A stretch of DNA of 64,000 nucleotides. It comes from Cenococcum geophilum. Its lineage: Eukaryota. The notes beneath the pieces are model-generated. The model was not told the origin of the DNA, did no database searches, and worked only from the letters and a program-made list of their open reading frames with translations. The stretch lies in NCBI GenBank assembly GCA_050273025.1, contig CP158636.1:3906001-3970000 (forward strand), written 5' to 3'. The position numbers and the translations under genes are program-made. Below, piece by piece: positions 52,201 to 64,000 of the stretch; the stretch's first letter is position 1; each line of letters begins with the position of its first letter.

Positions 52201-54854
52201 CTATATAAAGAAAATAGTGGTAGAGATAGACGTATCGAATTAGGCTTCTGGCGGAGTCCTTTCCCAGTATAATAATAACGGAAAATTAAGACCGGTCGCA
52301 TTCTTCTCCATAAAGCACTTTACGCTAGAGTATAACTATAAGATCTACGATAAAGAACTCTTAGCTATTGTTAAGGCTTTAGAGGAATAGTGTCCTAAGC
52401 TATAAGGGACTAAGGAGCCGTTTAAAATTATTACCGACTATAAAAACCTATAGATGTTTATAACTACTAAGCAGCTAAACTAGCGCTAAGTCTAGTAGGC
52501 AGAGTTCCTTTTATAGTTTAACTTTGTAATTATATATAGACCTAGTAGCAAAGCCACGCTCCCTAACGCCCTAAGCTAGCTACTAGGAATAAGGCCTAAG
52601 GACGCTAATAATAAACGCCTCCGCTACTAAGCCTAAGTCGTTATACCGCCCTAGAAAGTTAACCCTATAATCTTAGAAGAATTACTATATAAGTCCCGTA
52701 ACTCTAATAATGCGGAGTTTATAGCCGCTTTAGACCCTAAAATAGCTAAAAAGTTACTAAACAAGTTAATTTAGCTAGGATACTAGGAGAACGAACTCGT
52801 AAGAGATATAGTGGTAGCCCTACGTAATTAGAAAGCTCGCCGTTAGCTAAAGAAGATTAGAAAATTACTCCGTTGTAATAAGTTAGAATATAGTATTATT
52901 AACGGACAGATCTACTTCTACTAACATCTCTTTATCCCTAACGCCCTAGACCTTCACCTAGAAGTTACCCATTGCTCTTATAGCAGCGGCCCCGCTAGTT
53001 ACCCTAGCTAGGTTAAGACTCTTAACCTCTTAAACTAAATATATTAGTGGCTAGGAATCTCCTAGTTTACGGCTACCTTCGTTAAAAACTGCGCCCTATA
53101 CTTTCGCACTAAGACCCCCCGTTCTACCCCGCCCGGTTTCCTAAAGCTACTAAAATTACCCGCCCGCCTATAGACCAATATCTTAATCGACTATATTATA
53201 ATACTACCGGTATACTAATGCCATGGTAAGGTATATAAATATATCCTTATTATTATGGACCGCCTAACTAAAATATAATACCTTGTTCTAGTAATAGGAC
53301 TCTTAATAAAGGAGCTAGTTAATAGCTTTATTAATAACGTGTATAAGCTCTATAGTATACTAAGCACAATTATTTCTAATTACGGCACACAATTTATTAG
53401 CAACTTCTAGCAATAACTAAGTAAACGCCTTAAAACAACCTTATAACTAAGCTTAGCCTAATACCTAAAAATAGACGGCCAAACTAAAATTATTAACGCT
53501 GCTGTAAATAAATACCTCTGTGCTTTTGTTAGCTTTATATAGGATAACTAGGTTAACTACCTACCGCTTACCAAGTTTACTATAAATAACTAAGTTAATA
53601 AGAGCACAGGCATCTCCCCGTTTTTTGCAAACTATGGCTTTAACCCTCGCCTTAGAATTAAGCCTACTAGCCCCCGCCTACTAATACTATTAGTATAAGC
53701 AAAAAAGGAGTTCTTCCGCGTAGACTCTATAGCTAACCGCTTTAAGCGGATATTAACACAGCTTAAGGCCCTAGCCCGGATTTTATAATAACGCTATAAA
53801 GATAATACTAATACCTATAGGGATAAGAGCGTGTTATTCTACGAAGGCGATATAGTTATAGTTAGCTTAGAAAATATAAAGATAAATAGACCTAAGAAGA
53901 AATGGGATAATAAATAGGACGGCCTATACCCCGTACTCGCAGTATACTAAGGGGCAGTTATAGTAGACCTTCTAGACTATATTTAAGTAAACAAATCCTT
54001 TTATATATCTAAGGTCCGCCTCTAGGCTACTAAAGAGATCCCTAGCTAAGCAAATATTAATACTATAAAGCATTATAATGTATAAGGATGAGTAGTAGAG
54101 AGAGATAATAACGGCAATATAGAAGATAAATAGGAGTTTAAGAAAATCCTTAATATACACGACAAAGACCCCTAGGGCCTAACTTATAAGATTAAATGGA
54201 AATATTATAAGGATATAACCTAGCAGCTAGAGGAAGACCTAAAGGGTTATAAATAAGCTATACAGCGCTTCTATAAGCAACACCCTAAAAAGCTAGGACC
54301 CCTAGACTAGACACGAGATAAGGAAAAGTCACGCTAAGGTCGCGGTTAACCACCGTATTAAAATTTGTGGTGGTTAAGATGTTATAGAACTTTAACCAGC
54401 GGTTAAAGTTATCTAATTAGCCAAAATTCTTGCTAAGAAACGCCACGCGGATCGATTTAGGTGGCGGTATAGAGTTTTACCAACCTTACTTACTAAACTA
54501 ACTAATTAGGATTTTCTATGCCCGGTATAGAAAATTGCCATTAGCTTAGTTAAGGGCGGTAAGCGGAACTAATATCTTTACGGTAAAAAATAGGCAACCC
54601 TATATACTGCCTATTTTTAAGTTATCTATTTAGTTTAGGGACCAAACCATCTAGAGAAGAGGAGTACTGTCACGGCACTGACCTAACGCATACTATTTTA
54701 TACTATCTCGTACTATTTCCTACTATTAGCTAGCCCACTACTAGCGACTTGGCGACCGGCCCTACTATTTATATACAATACCCCCTTTCTACCTTCTTCC
54801 CCTCTTTATACCACAACGTAGTTATTCAGTCTACTTTATTACAGCACTATGACA
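43257..54854 (+). mobile_element. Ty3/Gypsy LTR retrotransposon (Gypsy-2), RIP-decayed
   Basis: 187-bp LTRs 43257-43443 and 54668-54854; TSD tatac/tacac; gag split at 44533/49215; protease about 50.0 kb, RT 51.3-51.9 kb, RNase H, integrase, chromodomain about 54.1-54.3 kb. Confidence 0.93.
44534..49209 (+). mobile_element. Non-autonomous LTR element (LARD-like), 4676 bp
   Basis: 187-bp LTRs 44534-44720 and 49023-49209; TSD ctaag; PPT gaagagggggt; no recognisable pol; the interior is a mosaic of short repeated modules. Confidence 0.88.
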
Positions 54855-54960
54855 TACACCATTGTTTTAGCTACCTATCTATTTATTAATTACTTAAAGT
54901 TCTTTAGTAAGCGGGCTATAAAGTTAAGGTTAAGGTAATTAAGCATCTTATAAAGTATTA

Positions 54961-55384
54961 ACGTATTCCACCACCGAGCCGGCCACCCCACCAAGCCGGC
55001 CACTTTTTTTCCCACTAAAAATCGTGAAAATCGCAATACAATATCTCAATAACCACTTAATAATAATTCCTAAAAATTTATATTTAAGCTTGCATATATA
55101 CTATATTTCATTTGCTTTAATTTTAAATAAATCTATTAAGTAGTTATAAAGATATTAAGATTAGAGTAAAATTTACGATCAAAAACTATATATCTTTAAA
55201 ACTACTTAATAGATTTATCTGAAATTAAAGTAAATAAAGTAGAGTATATATGCAAGCTCAAAGATAAATTTTTAAAAATTATTATTAAGTGGTTGTTGAG
55301 ATATTGTATTGCGATTTTCACGATTTTTAGTGGGAAAAAAAGTGGCCGGCTTAGTGGGGTGGCCGGCTCGGTGGTGGAATACGT
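54961..55384. mobile_element. pogo/Fot1-type foldback MITE, 424 bp
   Basis: Termini acgtattccaccaccgagccggccacccc and its reverse complement; inverted arms of about 180 bp; TA TSD. Confidence 0.92.
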
Positions 55385-58300
55385 TACTATTATTACTAAA
55401 TAAACCAGAAGTCCCCTAACCAATTTAAGTTTACCCTTAAGAATAACTATAACTTTAACTTCTATATTATTATTAATGTTATATATTTTAGTAGTAAACT
55501 AGTACTCTAAGTTATTAACTTCTTAACCTCCTTTTAAGCCGCGCGTTTTTTAAAAGATATATTAGCTAGAAACGTATAGGATACCCTTTAATTATACTAG
55601 ATTAATATCTATTTAGGACCCTTTAATTAAATTATCTATAATATAGGAAAGAACTTCTTATCTATAGAGTTCTAATAATAGATAAAGGTAATAATAATTA
55701 AGGTTAAGGAAGTCCCCGTTAAGGTATATAATAGTATTAAAAAGGTAGAGTAATATTACGCGTTATTACGCCATATATATAAGATTATCTCTTTAAAACT
55801 AAAGGACGCTAGCGAAGAACTTACCTTATAAATAGCTATTAAAGCTATTAATAATTCCGCTGGCCTGGATAGACTTATACCTATATTACTAGTCTTTAGC
55901 GCCTACCCTTAAATAACTAATAATTCTCTACTATTTTCCTTTATTATATAATAAGCTAAGGCTATTTATAAGGTAATAAAGGAGGTATAACGTCTCTACG
56001 CTATACGCTAGGTCAATAACACACTAGGAATAAGAAATGGCCTAAATATCTTAACTACACTTAATCTGCCACTCTAGTCTAAAGTACGCGTATAGCGTAA
56101 AAAGGAAGGATAGTTAGGCCTATACCAACTTATTATAATTAATAGTTAAACTTATACTATTTAGATGCCTTATAGACCTACTTAATTCTATTTAACTATT
56201 ATTAAGCCTTACTATAAAGATAATAAATCTAAGCCTTTATAGGATGCCCTAAAAGATGCCTTAGAGGAGAACTATAATTAATGTGTTCTAAAAGGCGACT
56301 ACAATCCTAAGATAATTATATTAGATACGCTATAACTATAACGCGGTAGAGGTCGCCCAAAGGGATTACAAAATCACTAACATCTTATTAATTTTAAAGA
56401 ATAATTTGTTACCGCTATTAAGAGTAGAGTTAAGTTATTAATGGCCTTTATAACAGCTAAAGAGAAGGCTAACTTTAAGCTCGCAAAATAGCTTTAAAAG
56501 GAAGGTCGTATTATAACTTTAGGAGCTCCTTTCTAAGTATATAATAAGTAGGAGATCGATAGTCTTATTATAAAAGGAGTCTTTAAATTCGAGAAATATA
56601 ACCCTACTAAGTTTAATAAAGTTCGTATCTTTAAGTTAAGGATAGTTAATAAGATTAAGGGTAAAGCTACTAACGCCCTATTTAAGAAATTAAGGCTTAT
56701 TATCTAAGGTTACAACAATAATAGTAAAGAGATAATTCTTATATAATCTCCTATAATTTAACGAGCTAGTTAGTAAGTTATTATTATATTAGCTCCCTCC
56801 TTAATAAAAAATAGAATAGCGGTTTATTTATAAAATATTACTTAAGCCTACACCTAATTAGAGACGCACCTTTAGCGCTTAATATTAGCATACCTTTTGG
56901 AACAAATTCGCTACTAGTATCCTAAAGATATAATTATGGTTATACTTAAGCCATTATATAAAATTATAGAGGTAGGAACTTACTAGTAAGCTATCTACAG
57001 TAAGCACTATAAAGAGAAGCTTTTAATAACTACTTCTATATTTAATCCCTATTTCCTTATTACAACTATAGGAACCCTATTTAGAATTATCGGTATATAA
57101 ACTAATAATATAATTATCTTAGGAGACAACTAATTCTTAGCTCTTAAAGAGGATAAGCTAGTAAAGGTAAATCTTATAGCAAAGCTAAAGGAAAAGCTTA
57201 ATTTAATAACACTATTACTTTTTAATAGATATATCCTCTCCCTAAATAAGGATTCTATTACTTTGCGCTAGAAGGGTTAAAGTAAAAAGATTAACATTAT
57301 TAATATTAATTCCCTAAAGTAAGGATATATAGAGTAACGCGCTTATAAAGCTTATATTGCTTCTATCTATTAGCCTAAGGCTTTATTTAATCTCTTTATT
57401 ACCACTTAATACTAGGAACTAACTAAGGATAACATTCTTGCCCTAAATAAATATCTTTTTTAGTAAATAAACCATCTTAATTAGTGACTACTCTATATGC
57501 CTATTAATCTTCCTACCGCTAAGCTCTTTATATTTATTAATAGATTATTTATAAATAATAAAGATTTTAGCTCCTAGTTAGGATATAAGATTATTATTAT
57601 AAACGAATTTACTAGAGAGAATGACTTTATAATTTATAGTAATCTTACCTATTAGAGCTTAACTAAGAGTAAGCGCGTTACCTAAAGTGTTTTAGTGTTA
57701 GAGATATATAGAATAGTTAGCGGAGTTAATATGGTAATTGTAATTGGAACTACCCTAAAGATAATTATAGATTAACTTAAACTTCCTATTATCCCTACGA
57801 TTGTATATACCGACTTATATTCCCTTTATAAGTGTTTAGTTAAGCTTAGTACTATAAAAAAGAAGCGCCTTATAATTAATATTATAGTACTTTAGTAATC
57901 CTATAAGCGTTAAGAACTCTTTAAGATTTAATAGATTAATGGCTAAAATAACCTAGTAGATATAATAATAAAGACGAACCTAAATAAGGTATTAGAGACG
58001 TTTGTTAATATAAATACTCTATATATATAAGTTAAAGGTTAGGTTAAAAGGGAGTCCCTAGAAATTTCTTAGTTATATAAGGTCTTAAGATATCTAGGAA
58101 CTTTAACCGGCGGTTAAAGTTATCTAATTAGTTAGATTCTCTTACTAAGACTTTTTTAGAAGGGGGGTATAACATTCTATAAACCCTGACTTAACCTAGC
58201 TAATTAGGATTTTCTATCCCCGGGATGGAAAATCGCTATTGGCTCGCTTATAACTAGCGCCTTAGCGGCCCTAATACGATATCTATCACATATCGGGGCT

Positions 58301-58512
58301 GATTTGGCGCAGTTACGACCCGGGTTAATACGAGGTTAGGGCTACCTCTACTAATAACGCGCCCGAACCCCGTACGAGGTCGCGTAGTGACCGCCCCTAA
58401 GTACTTTCGCACGCGATTTTGGGCGAAAAGGTATATAATTTATGTTAAATCGGTACTTCTGGACGGTCGCGTAATATTACTCTAAATTTATAACACCTAA
58501 ATAGGCTCTATT

Positions 58513-58786
58513 CCTATATTAAGGCGTCTTAGTTACTATAGTGCAGTCCTATATTAAGACGTCTTAGTTACTATAGTATAGTCCTATATTAAGGCGTCTT
58601 AGTTAATACAGTGCAGTTGTATATTAAGGCGTTTTGGTTACTATAGTATAGTTCTATATTAAGGCGTCTTAGTTACTGCAGTATAGTTATATATTAAGGC
58701 GTCTTAGTTACTATAGTGCAGTCCTATATTAAGATGTCTTGGTCACTAGTATAGTTCTATATTAAGGCGTCTCGGTTACTATAGTA
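58513..58786 (+). repeat. 35-bp minisatellite, 8 copies
   Basis: Unit cctatattaaggcgtcttagttactatagtgcagt, head-to-tail with no spacers, just 3' of the Crypton ORF. Confidence 0.9.
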
Positions 58787-58807
58787 AAATAGGTATTATC
58801 TACTACT

Positions 58808-61400
58808 TAAGAGGGAGCCTCCCCTGCTTTAGATATTCTTATAAAGCTAATCTAAAGAATGCCGACCTCGTAGCTATTTTAGCTGGTTAATAGCCTGTCT
58901 CTCGTCTTTTGCCATACCGTCTTTTACGCGCCGTCTTATATCCTTAATAATCCTACGGCAACGGCTATAGAATATAGCCTCGCCGTTAACCTGCTAGCGT
59001 GCCCCTTAACAGTAATTAAGAGCTTTAATTAACGGCCTACCTACTAGCCCTAAAGTCTACTTAGTCCAGAGCTAAAAGACTAAATTACCGCCTTAAAGCA
59101 TTTTATATTTCCTTAGTAGCGCCTATAGGTTAAGAATAAATGGGAGAGATAGTTAAGTATTAGCTTATGCCTATGCTAGTAGGGGCAATACGGATATAGT
59201 AAACGGCTAAGCGGGCGGTGCGGATATTATAGACGGCTAAGCGGATAGTGCGGATATTATAAATGGCTAAGCGGATAGTGCGGATATTATAGATAGCGGC
59301 TAAGTAGGTAGTATAGATATTATAGACGGCCGAGCAGGCGGCGCGGATATAGTAGACGTTATAGTAGACAGCGCGGGCTCGCCTAAAGGTGGATATATAG
59401 ACTCCGTAGGCCCTATCTAGATACCCGTCTTCCCTTACTAAATCTATATAGGTGCGAATAATACTAATAACCTTTCTATTTCGCCAAGGCGTTCTAAGAT
59501 CGTCTGTATGCATAATTAAACCCCCTTTACCTTAGAGATCGCGGCCTTATATTTTAGCTTAGCTACGGCCTTATAGGCGGGCTAGTATTTCCGCATTATT
59601 AGCTTATCTAGCGTAACTACGTTAGCTAGTAAGCTTTCTACCCGTGTAGCGAACCTCTAGTACTCCTCGCAGCTAAAGAGGGGGTCCTTTTATAGGGGGT
59701 AGAGCGGGAACTGCTTATATAGGATTACTAAGTCCTGTAATAGGATTACCCTAAGCGCGTAAAGGAGGCGTAGAAATCCTAAGCCTATAAGGTTAAGCTA
59801 TATAACCTTATTATCAGCCCTACCTAGGTAGTAGGCCTCTATATATTTTAGCCAGACGTTAGTCTTAGGCTATATCTTTAAATAAAGGGCCTCCTCTAGC
59901 ACCTCCCGTGTATAGGGGAGAAAGTAGCCCTTTCCTTTCTTTAGGAAGCCGGCAATTGACCATATAAACGCATAGGGTAGGTAGCTAAGGTAGGCTCCTA
60001 TTATTACGTCCGTATTCTAGCGTCCGGCCCATTTAATTTAGGTCTCCTTAACGCCGCTAAGCTCGGTATATTAGATGCTCTACTTATAGGCGCTATAGGT
60101 CTTCTCCTTTAAGTAAATTCCTACCCCCTAAAATATCTTTTTATTCTATTTAAACTGCGTATAATAGCTTAGCGGCCGTTACGGTACTTTAATACTGCTA
60201 GGGAAGACGTATAGGTTATAGTAGTCCTCTAGCTGCCGAAAGGATGGGAAGCTCTTAGCGCCGTCTTTACCCTAGTAGTTAAAGAAGTAGAAGGCTACTA
60301 TAAAGAGGGGGTAGAGGATAGGGTTAGCGTTCCGTATATAGCCTATATACTTAACCTTACCGTGCTAATTCTGCTTCCCTTATATTATTAATATAATTAT
60401 ACACGGCGCTAACTTATCTAGTTTAGGCCTTTTATTCTCTAGTTTAATAAGGATAAGGTTAGCAAGCTAAACGTCTTATCTACTTTTACTATAGGTAATG
60501 GTAGTATAGCCTAAGGAACGGGTTAGAAAACGGTAGCTATATAGACCGGATAGGGTATATATAAACCTAATAAATGCTTAGCTGTAGTTTAAAGGTAAGA
60601 CTTAACTAAACCTAGGATCTTAGAGCCTATCTCTTAGCACTAAGTAATTACCTTTTTAAGCCCTTTAACATTATAGCTGCTAGTAATTATAAATAGGCCT
60701 TAATTAATAAAGTTAACGCGTTAAATCTAGTCCTTATTGTGGCGGACGCTATCTAGTACTGCTAAGAGCTTTACCCCCTATAGCAGCTGCAAGGTTTTAC
60801 CTTCTAACTACTATATATAAAGCTCGGTAATAGCGGAGATATAGCTATTTATAACTAAGTATTGGACTATCTCGTTAAATAGGGCGTCTAGGGCCTCCTC
60901 GTCCTATATTTTTCCTTTCTCCTTTATAGCTTCCTCCCCTATACCTACGGCTGCCCCTATAGCTGCCCCTATGGCTACCTTCCTCCCTAGCTGCTTTACC
61001 CGCTTAACTGTCTTCTATCTCTTCTTTACCCACTTACTATCTTTCTACATCTCTTTTTATTTTAACTTCCGTTTTTAATAGCTAGCAGCCTATAATTCTT
61101 AGTTAATAACTTACTGCTTTAAAAATAGGTAAAGCTTATCTTTTATTACCTAGGCGCTATCTATATTACCTTCTAGTCTCGCGTACTAGTCTTCCCACTC
61201 TTTCTACTTTAGCTTGTACGCCCTTATAGTATTCTTTAAGCGCTAGGCCTTATAAATATTATATAGCTATGCTATTTAGGCCTTAAATTTGCTTTAGAAG
61301 CTATAGGGGGAGGAGGCTAGGGGGGCTTCTATTAACCGTAAAGTAGACCGTAGGGTAAGGAGATTCTTAAAAGACTCTATATCCGTAAGAGGTAAGGGGG
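58808..61400 (-). mobile_element. CryptonF-like tyrosine recombinase (Ndc10-like domain + GCR1_C), RIP-inactivated
   Basis: Motifs KNTIRAYKLK*KEWED, SYISAITEL, GKQN*HGKVKYIG...VAFYFF, KTYSA...AGR*NTDVIIGAYLSYLP...IAGF (catalytic region), and a GCR1_C-like LWTK*TLGL...FYSRCRRII. Element ends unresolved (about 58.3-61.8 kb). Confidence 0.85.
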
Positions 61401-62869
61401 AGACGCGTAAGCGCGGCGTGGGTAAATAAAGCCACTAAATGCGTAAATATTAAAGGAGAAGAAGGAGAAGAGGGCTCTATATTATACAATTATAATTATA
61501 GTAGGTCTTTCTATATAAAATTAGAAGCCCTATATAAGCTAACGCGGGCATAAGGATAGGAGAGGGTTAGAAAATAGATTGTTAAGGTAATGATAAAGGC
61601 GCGCTAAGGCCCTTTATACTAACCTAGTACTAACTTAGGCCTTAAAAACGCGTCTAAAAAGTAGGGGCCACTACTAAAGGGGGGAGGTAATATTTAGACG
61701 ATATGTCGCGGACCTTAGGGGGTCGTGCGTAACCTAAGGTTATGCTAAGCCTAACCTAGACCTCCGATACCTACCTACAACTCCTAAGTAAGAAAGCACT
61801 ACGTGCTAAGAGGTAAATGTTAGGATAGCGAGACTTATGTTATAATAGTAATAGTAAGTAAAGAGGATTAATATTTGTTCCGCTAGTTAAGCAATATCTA
61901 TATATAAATGGCAACTATAAAAGAAGAGTTGCTAGTGTTGGGAATAAAGGCAAGTGGTCACTATATGAGGTATATTGCCGTCATATGTGGCAAGTTGCCG
62001 TTACGTGCGGCAAGTTGCCGTCACGTGTCGCCGCGGTACTAGCGTGGCGAGGAGCCTTAAGCTCCTCGCCCTCCCTTATTAAGAAACAAGAATAACAATT
62101 ATTATACTATCTACGAACTGTAGCTATGTGATATTACCTTATGTAACCAACAGCCACTATAAATCGATATTGTTAACTTAATTACCCCCTATGTCTGACG
62201 ACGTAATCCTTATGCCTAAGAGCTTTAACCTAAAAGCTAATAAGTTAAAAACGGTTAATAAGTTTAAGCTTTATAGAAAGTAATATATTTGGTATAAAGC
62301 TATTACTAAAGCTCTAAAGTATACTAAGTAGCGATCCTTATACATTTAGAAGTAGGGTAAGGATATCCGGTTAAAATCCTCTACGGATTAGCGAACGTTC
62401 TTCTACTGCTATATTTATAAGCAATTAAAGTATAAAAGCTCTGCGTAGTATTATTAAGAAGATTAATAGCTATAGATTACCTTATAAAAGATTAATGTGA
62501 GGTGAGGGTGTGGATAGGGAGTCCAATTAATAGAATAATAGGGTATATTGTATAGACAGACGAATTCTTGAGGGAAAAGGAGTCTGGGCGAGGTAAGGAA
62601 GGGTTTTCCCTAGGCACGTGCAGCGCACGTGCCTCACAGGCGACTTGCAAGGGGTAAAGCTTTGTCATTAAGTACTCGCTACCGAGTATTTATATTCCTC
62701 CCAGTTTAGACTAAAGGCTTTCAATGCCGCGTAGATCCCTCTTAGCTTTTTAGGATATTAATCCCAAAGTATATAAGCGTCTCTAGTAACCGAGACAGAA
62801 TCTTCTTACCCTGCAGTGCCTTATGAGATCATTTCGTATAAAGAAGGTACCCGAAGTTTCAACTAGTAG

Positions 62870-64000
62870 TGTCAATTGGTAGTCCGTGCACCAATTATAA
62901 GGTAAGATTGAGGACTCTATCTATTCAAACTATGAAGGAAAAAGACTATATATACATAAGGTAGTACCCCCCACAGGGGTCCCTAGAGAATTGGTGAAAC
63001 TAAATTGAAACCAGGTTAAGACAAATCTGAAGCTGATGTCTAACAGTACCCGTCACGGTTAATATACCCCCCCAGCTTTAAGCTGTCCTGTAGGTTAAAG
63101 CTATATTATAAGTCTTAGTATAGTGTTAAGTTAAATTTACCTTTGTTAATTTAGATTCTTTCCTTAATATTAACCAGGTTTAATTAATAAACAAATATCT
63201 CGTGCTTCTGCCTTAGCAGAGCTTTAGTTAGTCCGTCTGCTACTATTGCTATAGTAGGCGTCCAATTAATCTTAATTCGATTGTCACGTACCTCTTAACG
63301 TAACCAGTGGTGGTATATGTCGACGTATTAGAGCTTCATAGATAGCTCTGGTCCGTCTTTTATAAGTAGTTAAATTGTCTATAAATTATCGCAGTTAATC
63401 GTCTGCCTGTTATCTAAGGTTAATCTAATTTCTTTAAAGAAGCGACTCCACTAGATTAATTCCGTGCCTGCATATAACAGAGCTATAAGCTCTGCCTTAG
63501 TGCTTAACTTTATTACTAACGTCTGCTTAGTAGAGCGCCAGTTAATTAGTCCCCCGAATAGGGTAAATAGATATCCTTCCGTACTATGTCTACTTATTAA
63601 GTTGTCTCTAAACGCTGCGTCACTTACTCCCGTAAAGACTTAACTTCCTATACTATGTCCTAAGTATTTAATTGCGAGAGTCCTTGTCTAATAGAGGTAG
63701 GCGATCACTTAACGAGCTGCGGCGTTATAGAGGGGTAAGGGATTTCATAGAAATTCCGATAGCTTGCTTAAAGCTTAAGCTGCATTAGGTCTTATAATAT
63801 AGGTCACGTAGAGGAGTAATCCGATCATCCTCTAGTAGACGTAGGTGTCTTAATTTAAAGCTTCCTCTAGGTTTAGTAGGAGCCTATTAGTGCTTATAAG
63901 TATACTAACTAAGCGTATATTAGTTAAATAAAAGTTATTAGCAATCTTCTTAATATAGAAGTCTTAATAGAGCTATAGCTTCCTCTAACTCCTATCTCTT
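62870..64000 (-). mobile_element. Second Ty1/Copia element: 3' LTR plus RT/RNase H end, continuing beyond the window
   Basis: LTR about 62870-63064 with PPT (C-run) about 63067-63073; minus-strand SDAAF, STEGYLFTLFGGLINWRSTKQ, HVDIYHHW-like and ADGLTKAL motifs. Confidence 0.88.

Larger units (their letters stand above)
32540..62152 (+). mobile_element. Ty1/Copia LTR retrotransposon expanded to 29.6 kb by nested insertions
   Basis: 217-bp LTRs 32540-32756 and 61936-62152; TSD accac/gccac. Polyprotein remnants: gag and Zn knuckle (about 34500), protease IIPDIGAVG (about 34910), pieces at 43160-43256 and 54860-54960, then integrase, RT and RNase H at 55387 to about 58050. Confidence 0.92.

Noticed and set aside
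58098..58240. Hammerhead ribozyme in the shared 3' module
   Set aside because: ctaattag reverts to ctgatcag rather than ctgatgag, and I could not build the three-stem core.
58513..58786. CRISPR-like array (also considered for 30403-30826)
   Set aside because: Head-to-tail units without unique spacers, no cas genes, eukaryotic context.
37470..59513. I/L/Y/S-rich short ORFs (37470, 39707, 53972, 55202, 59160)
   Set aside because: Antisense or off-frame readings of RIP-mutated transposon DNA.
58808..61400. Starship captain (DUF3435 tyrosine recombinase) mobilising the cluster
   Set aside because: The motifs are Crypton/Ndc10-type with GCR1_C, and the ORF is nested inside a Copia. No captain was seen in this window.

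Overview
Fungal (filamentous ascomycete-type) DNA, mostly a nest of transposons decayed by repeat-induced point mutation (RIP: CpA/TpG depleted, TpA enriched). One unmutated island of about 6.8 kb holds two intact, divergently transcribed genes: a 9-exon chimeric terpene cyclase-prenyltransferase (di/sesterterpene synthase, about 689 aa, minus strand) and a 6-exon cytochrome P450 (507 aa, plus strand). Together they form a minimal terpenoid cluster of unknown product. Their shared promoter is mostly a stack of four MITEs. Target-site duplications (TSDs) resolve the nest: a Tc1/mariner relic; a left hAT; a right hAT holding a solo LTR and a LINE, which itself holds a Gypsy; a hAT MITE inside a RIP-killed TPR-like gene; a Copia holding two Gypsys (one with a non-autonomous LTR element inside), a foldback MITE and a Crypton tyrosine-recombinase element; and a second Copia at the right edge. 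Notable extras are a palindromic module shared by the pol 3' ends of two Gypsys and a Copia, and an intron-containing antisense Zn2Cys6-like gene inside one Gypsy. All calls come from manual reading; no database search was run, and de-RIPped peptides are inferences.
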